The notes under the pieces: generated by a model
What the model was told of the DNA's origin: nothing
Database searches by the model: none
Seen by the model: the letters and a program-made list of their open reading frames with translations, nothing else
NCBI GenBank assembly: GCA_043758125.1
Contig: JAYVOC010000276.1
Location: 1 to 54,610, forward strand
Direction of reading: 5' to 3'
DNA: 54,610 nt
Source of the DNA: Bacteroidota bacterium
GTDB taxonomy: Bacteria > Bacteroidota > Bacteroidia > AKYH767-A > OLB10
Shown: positions 18,026-28,335 of the stretch, piece after piece
Position numbering within the stretch: the first letter of the stretch is position 1
Layout: each line of letters opens with the position of its first letter
Position numbers and translations under genes: made by a program

Positions 18026-18889
18026 TTATTTTATTCCTACAAATTCATTCGTTACCATAATGTCTTTTTGCGCCTTATCAAAATCATTTGAAGATTTGCA
18101 TTTTTGAGAAGCAACGGTCATTTGTAAAGAAGTGGGTTTATGAAATAAATAGTCGTTATAAAAACGAATAATCGTTCCTTCATAATAATCATTCGAGCTA
18201 AAGAAAATATCTAAGTAATCGTTTTTAGTTGAACCCGGCTTAAGAAACAACAATCCAGTAAATCCATTCACCATACTCACTCCATTATTTGATTCATCAT
18301 TTGTTGGATTTCTACCAATAAAATGCTGAAAACTCGTTAAAACAAAATTTGTTGATCCCATATTTATCTGATCATAAAAATAATTGTTAATCATATAAAC
18401 TTGCAATTCGCGAACATTGATCTGTTTATTTTTAAATTGCGTTGCCGCCGTTTGCAATGATTGTAATCTATCACGTTCATATTGCAAAACTGACCAAGCA
18501 TATTGGTATGTAGAATCGTTTAAATAATAATTAAAGATGTTTATGTAATTAGTAACTTCGGAAGTATCAAGATTATTTAACAATTCGACTCTCCATTTAT
18601 CATAAACGTGAGGAAGATATTCTGGCTTTGAAAAGACCGTATTCAAAAATTGATATCGACTATTTACATTCAGTTTTGAAGTCTTTAAAATATTGAGAGA
18701 TGATTTTAACTCAACACTATCAGGCTCTCTCCCGCATATTAAAATATAGCAACGATTAACATAATCTTCATATACTACATTTTCTATAGTAGTATCAGGA
18801 GGTGCAATATTATTAGGCTCGATCACCTCCTCCTTTTTTGAACAGGATGCAAAGAGAATCAGAAAGATAAATGGCCAGTAGAACTTCAT
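18026..18889 (-). CDS. Lipoprotein with DUF4214-like repeats. First gene of the cluster.
   Basis: The lipobox is MKFYWPFIFLILFASCSKKEE. Two segments, YVNRCYILICGREPDSVEL and FQHFIGRNPTNDESNNG, resemble the DUF4214 LGR.PD motif. Confidence 0.6.
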   Translation of the reverse strand: MKFYWPFIFLILFASCSKKEEVIEPNNIAPPDTTIENVVYEDYVNRCYILICGREPDSVELKSSLNILKTSKLNVNSRYQFLNTVFSKPEYLPHVYDKWRVELLNNLDTSEVTNYINIFNYYLNDSTYQYAWSVLQYERDRLQSLQTAATQFKNKQINVRELQVYMINNYFYDQINMGSTNFVLTSFQHFIGRNPTNDESNNGVSMVNGFTGLLFLKPGSTKNDYLDIFFSSNDYYEGTIIRFYNDYLFHKPTSLQMTVASQKCKSSNDFDKAQKDIMVTNEFVGIK

Positions 18890-19067
18890 TTGAGAATTAT
18901 CTTACGTAAAAATAGCTGTAATTATTGCCTGATAATGCATATTCCCAAAAAATTATTGACAAATAAACAATTTCTCAAATCCATTTTCAAAAGATCCAAT
19001 TATGAATGTCAACTTCATTTTCAAGAGGAATATCTTAACATTGTCAATTAGATTAGGTTAAAATGCA

Positions 19068-19095
19068 AACAGGATCAGTTGAAACCAATCCTGTT
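19068..19095 (-). terminator. Possible terminator of the M20 peptidase gene
   Basis: An 8-bp stem pairs AACAGGAT with ATCCTGTT across a 12-nt loop, about 30 nt downstream of the stop. A short T run follows on the - strand. Confidence 0.35.
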
Positions 19096-19124
19096 CGTAA
19101 GTGAAATAATTCCTTTTTAAAATA

Positions 19125-20498
19125 TTATTTAGTATTCATTTCTGCATAATTGCTGAAGAACAACGGAATTGTTTCTATCCCTATTAAGAAATTAAAAATT
19201 CCATAGTGTTCATTGGGAGAATGAATCAAATCACTATCTAATCCGAATCCCATTAAAACACTTTTTAATCCTAATTCTTTTTCAAATAAAGCAACGATAG
19301 GAATACTTCCTCCTCCGCGAGTAGGTATTGGCTTCTTGCCAAAGGTAGTTTCCATCGCTTTACTTGCTGCTTTAAATGCGATTGAATCCGTTGGAGTTAC
19401 AACAGGTTCTCCACCATGATGCGGAGTAACTTTTACTTTAACCGATGATGGAGCGATGCTTGTAAAATAATCGGAAAACAACTTTGTAATTTTATCAGAA
19501 CCTTGATTAGGAACAAGTCGCATACTAATTTTTGCAAACGCTTTACTTGGCAAAACAGTTTTGGCACCTTCGCCAATATAACCACCCCAAATACCATTCA
19601 ATTCAAACGTTGGACGAATACCTGTTCTCTCCAAAGTAGAATAACCTTTTTCACCAAGAACATCTTGTACATCTAAATCTTTTTTATATTCTTCTAAACT
19701 AAATGGCGCTTTATTTAATTCATCTCTTTCGCCTTGTGTGAGTGTTAAAACATCATCATAAAAACCTGGAATAGAGATGTGATTATTTTCGTCTTTCATC
19801 TTTGCAATCATCTCACATAAAACGGTGATAGGATTTGCAACTGCACCGCCATAAACTCCTGAATGCAAATCACGATTTGGTCCCGTAACTTCTACTTCAA
19901 CATAACTCAATCCTCTTAATCCAACATCTATTGAAGGAATATCATTCGCTATGATTGACGTATCAGATATTAAAATTACATCTCCTTTTAATCTCGCTTT
20001 ATTTTCACGAACCCATGTACCTAAATTTGTTGAACCGACTTCTTCTTCACCTTCAATCATAAATCGAACGTTACATGAAAGTGTGTTTGTTTTCATCATC
20101 AATTCAAAAGCTTTTATATGCATAAAAACTTGACCTTTATCATCGCAAGCACCGCGTGCATATATTTTCTCGTCTTTAATTACTGGTTCAAATGGTGGTG
20201 AATCCCATAATTCCATTGGGTCAGGAGGTTGTACATCATAATGACCATAAACAATTACGGTAGGTAAAGTGAGGTCTATAATTTTTTCTCCATAAACAAT
20301 AGGGTGACCAGTTGTAAGACACAATTCGACCTTATCAGCACCTGCTGCTTCCAAACTTTTTTTAACGAATTCTGCTGTCCTTAATACGTCTGCTTTATAC
20401 TTAGAATCAGCACTTACAGAGGGGATTCGTAGAATATCCATTAACTCTGCAATGAATCTATCCTTATTCTGATCGATATAGTTTTTAATTTTTTCCAT
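19125..20498 (-). CDS. M20-family dipeptidase (ArgE/DapE/ACY1/CPG2 family)
   Basis: The 457-aa product carries VIVYGHYDVQP, ARGACDDKGQ, MIEGEEEVGS and IHSPNEH, typical of M20 metallopeptidases. Confidence 0.9.
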   Translation of the reverse strand: MEKIKNYIDQNKDRFIAELMDILRIPSVSADSKYKADVLRTAEFVKKSLEAAGADKVELCLTTGHPIVYGEKIIDLTLPTVIVYGHYDVQPPDPMELWDSPPFEPVIKDEKIYARGACDDKGQVFMHIKAFELMMKTNTLSCNVRFMIEGEEEVGSTNLGTWVRENKARLKGDVILISDTSIIANDIPSIDVGLRGLSYVEVEVTGPNRDLHSGVYGGAVANPITVLCEMIAKMKDENNHISIPGFYDDVLTLTQGERDELNKAPFSLEEYKKDLDVQDVLGEKGYSTLERTGIRPTFELNGIWGGYIGEGAKTVLPSKAFAKISMRLVPNQGSDKITKLFSDYFTSIAPSSVKVKVTPHHGGEPVVTPTDSIAFKAASKAMETTFGKKPIPTRGGGSIPIVALFEKELGLKSVLMGFGLDSDLIHSPNEHYGIFNFLIGIETIPLFFSNYAEMNTK

Positions 20499-20571
20499 GA
20501 AATTGACTTAGCTTTGTTAAATTACGATTTCAAAGATAAAACAAAACTTACTTTCACTAGGCAAAATAGGA

Positions 20572-23500
20572 ATGAGAACCCTCCTTAAAATAATATTTAG
20601 CTTATTTTTATTGCTGTCATGCTTTTTTGTGAAAGCTCAAGCTCCAGCTAATGACAATTGCCCAACGGCAGAATTTATTAATCTCAGCGAAAGCGGAAAT
20701 GCATGTCTTAATGCCACCAATATTAATGCAACTTCTGATGGTGTTTTTAATGCTTGTGATGTAGGTGCTGTTATTCCATTGCCTGCGGGCGGACATGAAA
20801 TATGGTATACATATTTAGCTGTCGGAATAGTTAATTCAATTAATATTACTCCAATTGGAGCAACCGCTGCACAAAAAGTTTCGATAACCGTTACAAATGG
20901 AAATTGCGCTATTGGTGGAACAACAATATGTAATACAGCGGTCAATCCTGGCGATCCTGCTTCAGTAGTTTTTACACAAACTCCTGGAACGCAAGTTTGG
21001 TTTTATGTAACCTCGCTAATCGCTGATGGTGATTTTCTTGTTTGCGTTAATTCAGTTGCAGGACCAATAAATCCTGGAGCAAGTTGTGGAACTGCTGCTC
21101 GACTTTGTAATAAATTAGATTTTTCATCACCAGGAACTGGCACCTCTAACTTCGCTCCTACTCCAACGTGTTTTAACTCACCACCCGTTCGTCCGATGTG
21201 GTATAAATTTACAGTTGGAAACAGTGGCCCACTTGAATTCGCTGGATTTCCAACTGGCTTCGGTGGTTTTCGCTGGGCGATGTATGATGTTACCGCAGGA
21301 TGTCCGGGATTAGAAGTCGCATGCAATAATTTTTATGATCCATTTCAACCATTCGGATTTTCATCGTCAGCAATTAATTGTACAACCAATCCATTTTGTG
21401 CACCAGTAAATGTAACGGCTGGTTCAACCTATGCATTGATGGTTGATGATACTACTCAAAGTAATTCAGGTTTCGATTTTAATTGGTCGACTAACATTAA
21501 ACTTTTACCAACAGCAGATTTTGTTGTTGATAGTTTGATTGGTTGTGGTTCACTTACTGTAGATTTTACTGATCAAAGTATTTACAATGTAGTAACTGCT
21601 TATTTTTTAGATTTTGGTGATGGTAGCCCAATTTATGCGGGGAATGGAAGTAATTTAATTCTTCCATCACACACTTATAATCCAGGAACATATTTAATTA
21701 AACTCACCCTAAACCAACCTGGAGCTTGTAATAATACTTTCGCACGACAAGTTATTGTATATCCAAAACCTACTTCTACTTTTACTACTACCGATGATTC
21801 GCTTTGTTTGCCGAATGGTTTATCCGTTACAACGGATTTCAAGAGTGTGTATAGCTCGAGTACTGCAAACTATAATTGGACTTTTGCAAATAATAATTCT
21901 TCAGTTGTAAATAGCCCTGGATTCAATACTGTTGGATGGAATAGTACTGGAAATAAAATTATTTCGCTATCAATTTCTGAAAATGGTTGTGCCTCTGATA
22001 CTAGTCGTGATACTGTTTATGTATTCAATATTCCAACATCAAAATTCACTTTGAAGGATAGTCTTTGTTCGAATGATATCACAACGATTCAATATACTGG
22101 CAATGCATTGATAAGTGCGAATTATAACTGGAATTATGGTGGCGCTAATATTTCAAATGTTACAAATCAATTATTTGATGCTTCTTGGAATCTTCCTGGA
22201 AAAAAATACATGGATTTAATTGTTTCTGAAAATGGTTGCACATCATCAACATATAAAGATTCTATTATAATTTCACAAACTCCATCAGTAACTATCAATT
22301 CGTTTACTAGAGTTTGTCAGGGTGATACATTAACATTTACACCACTAGCAAATGGATCAACATCGTTAAATTATACTTGGGATTTTGGAACATCCACTTT
22401 TATTTCTGGCAATGCATCTGATGCTAGTGTTGGTGTATTAACATGGAATACTCCTGGCTTAACATATTGGACTGTTCAAGCAATTTCTCCTACAGGATGC
22501 AAGTCAAATAAAGATTCGATTTCATTTACAGTTTATCCAAAACCTGTTTCTACTTTTTTATTAAGTATGGATAAAATTTGTGGTAACGGTACTTCGATTT
22601 TATCTTTTACTGGTAGTGCATCTGCGAGTGCTAATTATAATTTTGGAAACGGGGGATCATTAGTAACGGGGGCATTGCCAAATCCATTAACACTTACTTT
22701 TCCAGGAGGACCAACAACATATCCACTGTACCTAAGTATCATGGATAATTTATGCAAATCTGATACTTCAAGAGATACGATTTTCGTTTATCCATTGCCA
22801 ATTGCTGATGCGGGAATCGATACTGCATTATGTTCTGGGGGAATAATTAATATTGGAAGTCCAACTATAAGTGGACAAACATACAGTTGGTTGCCAACAA
22901 ATTTTATTACTGGAACTACGATTTCTGATCCGCAAGTTTCCATTCTTAATTATGGAATTTCTGATAGTATTGCAACGTATATTGTTACTGCTAATTCTGG
23001 AATATGCACAATAAAAGACACCATCCATATTACTGTTCATCCGCAACAATTTGCATTCTTCTCACCACCTATTCGACAATGTTTTACTGGCAATAGCTTC
23101 AACTTTTTACCTTCATCAATTCTTGTAAACGGTGCGCAATATGATTGGTCGTTTGGCTTAAATGCTACTCCTGATTCAGCACACAATGCACAAGCTTCAA
23201 ATATTCATTTTAACACAAATGGATGGCAACAAATTTCACTTACTACGAAATCAAAAGGATGTGCTTTTAAAACTTATTTAGATAGTGTTTACATAAAAAC
23301 AAATCCAACAGTTGCAATTGATGCTTCTGTTTTTAGTGGTTGTCCACCCTTAACAGTTTCTTTCAATAATTTATCACCTATTTATCCAAATTCAACATTG
23401 GAATGGAATTTCGATGATGGAAATTCTTCCTCTCAAAACAATCCTACAAATATTTATTTAACAGCAGGAAGTTATCTGCCTACACTCACAATTATTACTC

Positions 23501-24075
23501 AAGATACTTGTTCAACTACTGACACTATAAACACTTCAATTGAGATTTCAGCAATACCCGTAGGAAGTTTTGTTGCATCTCCACCGATTGTTTATGATAG
23601 TTATCCAATAATAAATTTCATAAACAATGAACCCAATATTTCATGTCATTATGATTTTGGGGATGGATCAACTGATACATTATGTAATCTTTTTCACTCA
23701 TATAAAGATACCGGACAATATACTGTTACTTTAATAACTAAAAATATAAACGGATGTGCTGATACTAGTAAGCAAATTGTAAATGTTAAATCTTTATACA
23801 CGCTGTTTATTCCTAATGCATTTACTCCTAATGATGATGGATTAAATGACAATTTGATATTTTCAAATAACGGTATGATTGATTTTGAAATTACTATTTA
23901 CAACCGCTTCGGGCAAGTAGTATTTACAATGAAAAATAGCAATGGAAGCTGGGACGGAAACTATTTTGATACTAACACAAAATGTCCAGATGGAGTTTAT
24001 GTGTATTCAGTTAAATCAACTGATGTAAGTAAAAAGAAACACACCGTTTCAGGAAGCATTACATTGATGAGGTAG
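20572..24075 (+). CDS. Large secreted multi-repeat (PKD-type) surface protein with a T9SS type-B (gliding-motility-associated) C-terminal sorting domain
   Basis: A signal peptide is present. There are three canonical PKD modules (V.F.D.S......W.FGDG). Five related modules of about 90 aa have the form NYNW.F....W...G.....L...ENGC.S. The C-terminus reads LFIPNAFTPNDDGLNDNL...WDG...G....DGVYVY. Confidence 0.9.
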   Translation: MRTLLKIIFSLFLLLSCFFVKAQAPANDNCPTAEFINLSESGNACLNATNINATSDGVFNACDVGAVIPLPAGGHEIWYTYLAVGIVNSINITPIGATAAQKVSITVTNGNCAIGGTTICNTAVNPGDPASVVFTQTPGTQVWFYVTSLIADGDFLVCVNSVAGPINPGASCGTAARLCNKLDFSSPGTGTSNFAPTPTCFNSPPVRPMWYKFTVGNSGPLEFAGFPTGFGGFRWAMYDVTAGCPGLEVACNNFYDPFQPFGFSSSAINCTTNPFCAPVNVTAGSTYALMVDDTTQSNSGFDFNWSTNIKLLPTADFVVDSLIGCGSLTVDFTDQSIYNVVTAYFLDFGDGSPIYAGNGSNLILPSHTYNPGTYLIKLTLNQPGACNNTFARQVIVYPKPTSTFTTTDDSLCLPNGLSVTTDFKSVYSSSTANYNWTFANNNSSVVNSPGFNTVGWNSTGNKIISLSISENGCASDTSRDTVYVFNIPTSKFTLKDSLCSNDITTIQYTGNALISANYNWNYGGANISNVTNQLFDASWNLPGKKYMDLIVSENGCTSSTYKDSIIISQTPSVTINSFTRVCQGDTLTFTPLANGSTSLNYTWDFGTSTFISGNASDASVGVLTWNTPGLTYWTVQAISPTGCKSNKDSISFTVYPKPVSTFLLSMDKICGNGTSILSFTGSASASANYNFGNGGSLVTGALPNPLTLTFPGGPTTYPLYLSIMDNLCKSDTSRDTIFVYPLPIADAGIDTALCSGGIINIGSPTISGQTYSWLPTNFITGTTISDPQVSILNYGISDSIATYIVTANSGICTIKDTIHITVHPQQFAFFSPPIRQCFTGNSFNFLPSSILVNGAQYDWSFGLNATPDSAHNAQASNIHFNTNGWQQISLTTKSKGCAFKTYLDSVYIKTNPTVAIDASVFSGCPPLTVSFNNLSPIYPNSTLEWNFDDGNSSSQNNPTNIYLTAGSYLPTLTIITQDTCSTTDTINTSIEISAIPVGSFVASPPIVYDSYPIINFINNEPNISCHYDFGDGSTDTLCNLFHSYKDTGQYTVTLITKNINGCADTSKQIVNVKSLYTLFIPNAFTPNDDGLNDNLIFSNNGMIDFEITIYNRFGQVVFTMKNSNGSWDGNYFDTNTKCPDGVYVYSVKSTDVSKKKHTVSGSITLMR

Positions 24076-24083
24076 GAAAACTT

Positions 24084-24127
24084 TCAACTAAAAACGCCTA
24101 CTCTTTCGTGTAGGCGTTTTTAGTTGA
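24084..24127. terminator. Bidirectional terminator hairpin between convergent genes
   Basis: A perfect 18-bp stem pairs TCAACTAAAAACGCCTAC with GTAGGCGTTTTTAGTTGA across an 8-nt loop. The stem includes A and T runs on both sides. Confidence 0.85.
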
Positions 24128-24133
24128 ATGAAA

Positions 24134-24991
24134 TTATCTAAGGGTTACAATAAAAGTATATCCATTAACAGTTACTAATGCTAACTTATCACGATTTCCA
24201 TTGATATAACCGTAATCGATTTGACGAGCAGATTTTCCTTGAGGAGTCCATTCTAAAATTCCTTCAGTAAAATGGCGGAAACCAATTTCCTTTTTTAAAG
24301 GGGTAATTGTTGTCATGGTGTAACTATTTCCAGATCTTGTTACTCCATTTGCCGTTCCGCTTATTAGGTAAACATCATCATTCCACATTGGGGTAAATTC
24401 ACCTTGAGTCCATTCACGTGTTCTTGTTGAATTATACGTACTTGTTCCTCCTCCATTTACAGAACTCCAAATTATAGAACCACTAATGCTAACAGTATAA
24501 CTTAAGTGATTCGCTGCGTTTCTTCCATTGTTAACCACTGTTTTCGTTCCAAGAATCTGATTATCGTTAACAAAGTAATTATTAAAAGTAATAGAATGAA
24601 AACTTCCTGAATCACGATATGCGCCAGTATAAGTTACAATAATAATTCCTCGTCTATAATTCGAATCTTTACATGCACAATTTGTTGTTCCAAAATCAAT
24701 TGTAAAATGCTTTGGTGTAGTTGTAGTATCAAAGGTAATCGTAGCACAGGTAGTTGTTACTCTTTCAATACCTGCCGTTCTATAGGATGAAAGACTTCCA
24801 CTATAGGCTTCATCAGCGATTCCAGCTACATCACTAAAGGCAGCATCAGCAGTTGAATTTTCAACTACCGCTTGCGAATCGGTTGAACTATCGAAATTTT
24901 CCTTATCCTTTTTACATGAACTTAGTGCAATAGACAGCACTGCAATTGCCACAAAGGCTAATTTGATGTTTGTTTTCATATCAGTTTTCAT
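24134..24991 (-). CDS. Lipoprotein, function unknown
   Basis: The lipobox is AIAVLSIALSSCKKDKE. The 285-aa product is Ser/Thr/Asn/Gly-rich and looks like a beta-rich mature protein. No family was recognised. Confidence 0.65.
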   Translation of the reverse strand: MKTDMKTNIKLAFVAIAVLSIALSSCKKDKENFDSSTDSQAVVENSTADAAFSDVAGIADEAYSGSLSSYRTAGIERVTTTCATITFDTTTTPKHFTIDFGTTNCACKDSNYRRGIIIVTYTGAYRDSGSFHSITFNNYFVNDNQILGTKTVVNNGRNAANHLSYTVSISGSIIWSSVNGGGTSTYNSTRTREWTQGEFTPMWNDDVYLISGTANGVTRSGNSYTMTTITPLKKEIGFRHFTEGILEWTPQGKSARQIDYGYINGNRDKLALVTVNGYTFIVTLR

Positions 24992-25229
24992 TATTAGTTT
25001 TTTACGCAGAAGAATTAAACTTGTTGTTTTTTTCGTGAAACTGTTGATAGGATGTCCTTCAGAACATAAGGTTTAATCAATTTTCTGATTTTTCTGATAA
25101 AAGTAGTAACGCAAATTTTCCATTGTTATATACACATTGATGTTAATAAAATATCATACCTGCATACGAAAAGAAAATGGTTCACCGTTCCTTAGGTGTA
25201 ATTTTGAATGCTTATACGCGTGTACCCGC

Positions 25230-28200
25230 ATGATGAAGAAAATGATCCTATTAATGGTTTTCACGGCATTTAGCCTGAACCATTCCTTTGCACAATTGTC
25301 TGAAATATTCCACGAACCCGACCTTCAATATAAAAAGGCCTACGAATTATATGTTAAAGAAAAGTATGGCGCAGCTCGTGAAACTTTCGACAACTACCTT
25401 CAAACAGGTAAAGGAACTGCTGCAAATCAAATTAACGCAAGCTATTACGGCGCCATCTGTGCGTATGAATTATTTAATCCAGATGCTGAAAACAGACTAA
25501 TAACATTTACAGAGCGAAATCCAGAAAGCACTAAAGCGCCACTTGCTTGGTTTTATTTAGGACGTCATTACTATCGGATAAAACAATATAGAAATGCTCT
25601 TCCCGCATTTGAAAAAGCAGATGTGTACTATTTAAGTGGAGATGAAGTTTCAGAATATTATTTCAAAACTGGATATTGTTATTTCTCAAAAGGTGATAAC
25701 GAAAAAGCAGCAAAACAATTTCATGAACTGTTAGATGTAGAATCAAAATACCAAACAGCAGCGCAATATTATTACGGACATATTGCTTATGCTAATAACA
25801 ATAATAAAACTGCAATTGAATACTTTAAAAAATTAGATTCCTCTGCCACATTTGGTCCTTTAGTACCTTATTACATCACCCAAATTTATTACGAACAAGG
25901 AAAATATGATGAGGTAATAAAATATTCAATTCCTGCATTAGATAGAACATCACAAAATAGCGCTGATATTACTAGGATAATTGCAGAGTCGTATTACAGA
26001 AAAGGTGATTACAAAAATGCGATGGTTTACTTTACAAAATATTCCGCTGCGGTGCCAATAATATCGAGAGATGATCGCTATAGTATTGGATATTGCGAAT
26101 ATAGAATTGAGAATTATGAATCAGCCATCAATAATTTCGAAAAAGTTGTTGATGCACAAGATTCAATGGCGCAAAATGCTTACTTCCACTTGGCTGATTG
26201 CTTCCTAAAAACAAAGAACAAGCAAAGTGCAAGAAATGCATTTCAATCAGCATCAAAACTTGATTACAGCAAATCGATAAAAGAAGCTTCACAATTTAAT
26301 TATGCAAAACTTTCGCTTGAATTAAATTACCAACCAGTTGCAATAAATGCATTTCGAGATTTTATAAAAAGTTATCCTGATTCAAAATATATTGATGAAG
26401 CAAACGAATTAATTGCTCAACTTTATCTTACCACAAGAAATTATAAAGATGCCTTGGCAGCATTGGACAATATCAAAAACAAGAATACTAGAGCAAAAGA
26501 GGCCTATCAAAAAGTTGCATATTATCGTGGTGTAGAATTTTACAATGATGGCGATAACAACAAAGCGATCAATATGTATGAGAAGGCAATCATTAATGAT
26601 GTAGATCCAAATATTCGTGCACAAGCAATGTATTGGAAAGCTGAAGTACTTTACAAACAAGAAAAGTATGACGCCGCAATTAAACAATACCGAATCTTTA
26701 TTTTTAATCCTGCATCAGTGAATATGCCGATGTATAATTTGGCAAATTACAATATGGGATATTGCAATTTTCGCCTCAATAATTATGAAGAAGCTCAAAC
26801 ATGGTTTAGAAAATATCTAGCTAAAAAAGAAGATACTGATGATGATAAATATGATGATTGCCTAATACGCACTGGTGATTGTTATTACGCATTACGCGAT
26901 TTTGAAAATGCCTTGAGTTATTACAATCAAGCAATTGATAGCAAAGCATCCTCAAGTGATTATTGTTATCTTCAAAAAGGTTTGATTCAAGGATTACAAG
27001 GGAACCTAGAAGCTAAATCAACTACGATGCAATCACTTTTAACGAGTTATCCTAAATCGAAATATAAGCCAGATGCATTGTATGAAAAAGGAAAGGCGCA
27101 AATGACATTGGGAAACAGCAGCAGTGCGATTGAATTATTTGCAAGATTAACAAAAGAACATCCAACGAGTCAATATTTAAAACAAGCTCAATTAAATACA
27201 GGTTTGATTTATTTTAATGATAACAAAGATGAACAAGCATTAGAAAGTTTCAAAAAGGTAATAAGTCAATACCCAGGAACACCCGAAGCTACAGAAGCAT
27301 TAACTTCAATTAAAAATATTTATGTTTCAAATGGAAAGCCTGATGATTACTTTGCTTTTGTAAAAAATATTCCAAACGCAAGTATAAGTGTTGGCGCGCA
27401 AGATTCAATAACGTATGAAGCTGCGGAACAACGTTACATGAAAAGTAATTTTGAAGATGCTTCCAAAGATTTTGATCATTACCTCCAACAATTTCCGAAT
27501 GGTGCGTATCGATTAAATGCAACTTTTTACAAAGCTGAATGCGATTTTAGAAACAATAATTTTGAAGCTGCACTCGCTGGGTATGAAGAAATTATTTCAC
27601 AACCACGAAATTTATATACAGAAAAATCAGCCTTAAAAGCTGCGAATCTAAACTACAAGAATAAGAGTTATGATAAAGCAATTGATCAATATACTAAACT
27701 CGAACAATCAGCAGATTTAAGAGACAACATCATTGCTGCACAATTAGGATTAATGCGTAGCTATTATCGAAATGCAAAATGTGATAATGCAATTTTATAT
27801 GCACAGAAATTATTAGCAGGAGAAAAAGTGCCGAATGAAAATCAAGCTGAAGCACATTTAATTTACGGAAGATGCTCTTTACAAAATAATGATTTCATTT
27901 CAGCAAAGAGAGAGTTCTCAGAAATATCAAAACAATCTGGTGTTGTAGCAGCAGAAGCAAAATATAATTTAGCGTTTATTGAATTCAAATTAACAAATTA
28001 TAAAGTAGCACAAACAAAATGTTTTGAAGTAATAAATCAAGTACCATCGTATGATTATTGGATCGCAAAAAGTTTTTTACTACTTGCCAATAATTATATC
28101 GCTTTAAAAGACACCTTTCAAGCGAAAGAAACATTGAAATCTGTCATAGATAATTATCAACATAATCCCGATGATCAAGATGATGTTAAAGCAATGTCGG

Positions 28201-28304
28201 AACAACGTTATAACGAAATTACTTCCAGTGAAAAAGAAAGTCTGAAAAAACCTGATGAACAACCAGAACAAGAAACGGATTTAAGCAAAGAGAAAAAGAA
28301 CTAA
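25230..28304 (+). CDS. Very large secreted TPR-repeat protein
   Basis: I moved the start to the ATG at 25230, which gives a signal peptide (MMKKMILLMVFTAFSLNHSFAQ). YbgF/TPR-like units run throughout (Y..A...F..F....P.S......A.Y). The tail is acidic and Lys-rich. Confidence 0.8.
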   Translation: MMKKMILLMVFTAFSLNHSFAQLSEIFHEPDLQYKKAYELYVKEKYGAARETFDNYLQTGKGTAANQINASYYGAICAYELFNPDAENRLITFTERNPESTKAPLAWFYLGRHYYRIKQYRNALPAFEKADVYYLSGDEVSEYYFKTGYCYFSKGDNEKAAKQFHELLDVESKYQTAAQYYYGHIAYANNNNKTAIEYFKKLDSSATFGPLVPYYITQIYYEQGKYDEVIKYSIPALDRTSQNSADITRIIAESYYRKGDYKNAMVYFTKYSAAVPIISRDDRYSIGYCEYRIENYESAINNFEKVVDAQDSMAQNAYFHLADCFLKTKNKQSARNAFQSASKLDYSKSIKEASQFNYAKLSLELNYQPVAINAFRDFIKSYPDSKYIDEANELIAQLYLTTRNYKDALAALDNIKNKNTRAKEAYQKVAYYRGVEFYNDGDNNKAINMYEKAIINDVDPNIRAQAMYWKAEVLYKQEKYDAAIKQYRIFIFNPASVNMPMYNLANYNMGYCNFRLNNYEEAQTWFRKYLAKKEDTDDDKYDDCLIRTGDCYYALRDFENALSYYNQAIDSKASSSDYCYLQKGLIQGLQGNLEAKSTTMQSLLTSYPKSKYKPDALYEKGKAQMTLGNSSSAIELFARLTKEHPTSQYLKQAQLNTGLIYFNDNKDEQALESFKKVISQYPGTPEATEALTSIKNIYVSNGKPDDYFAFVKNIPNASISVGAQDSITYEAAEQRYMKSNFEDASKDFDHYLQQFPNGAYRLNATFYKAECDFRNNNFEAALAGYEEIISQPRNLYTEKSALKAANLNYKNKSYDKAIDQYTKLEQSADLRDNIIAAQLGLMRSYYRNAKCDNAILYAQKLLAGEKVPNENQAEAHLIYGRCSLQNNDFISAKREFSEISKQSGVVAAEAKYNLAFIEFKLTNYKVAQTKCFEVINQVPSYDYWIAKSFLLLANNYIALKDTFQAKETLKSVIDNYQHNPDDQDDVKAMSEQRYNEITSSEKESLKKPDEQPEQETDLSKEKKN

Positions 28305-28335
28305 GATCAAGTCTAACAGAAAACTTTATTACATT

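Noticed and set aside
25137-25229. An N-terminal extension of the large TPR ORF (MMLIKYHTCIRKENGSPFLRCNFECLYACTR)
   Set aside because: It is Cys-rich and not signal-like. The ATG at 25230 yields a canonical signal peptide immediately.
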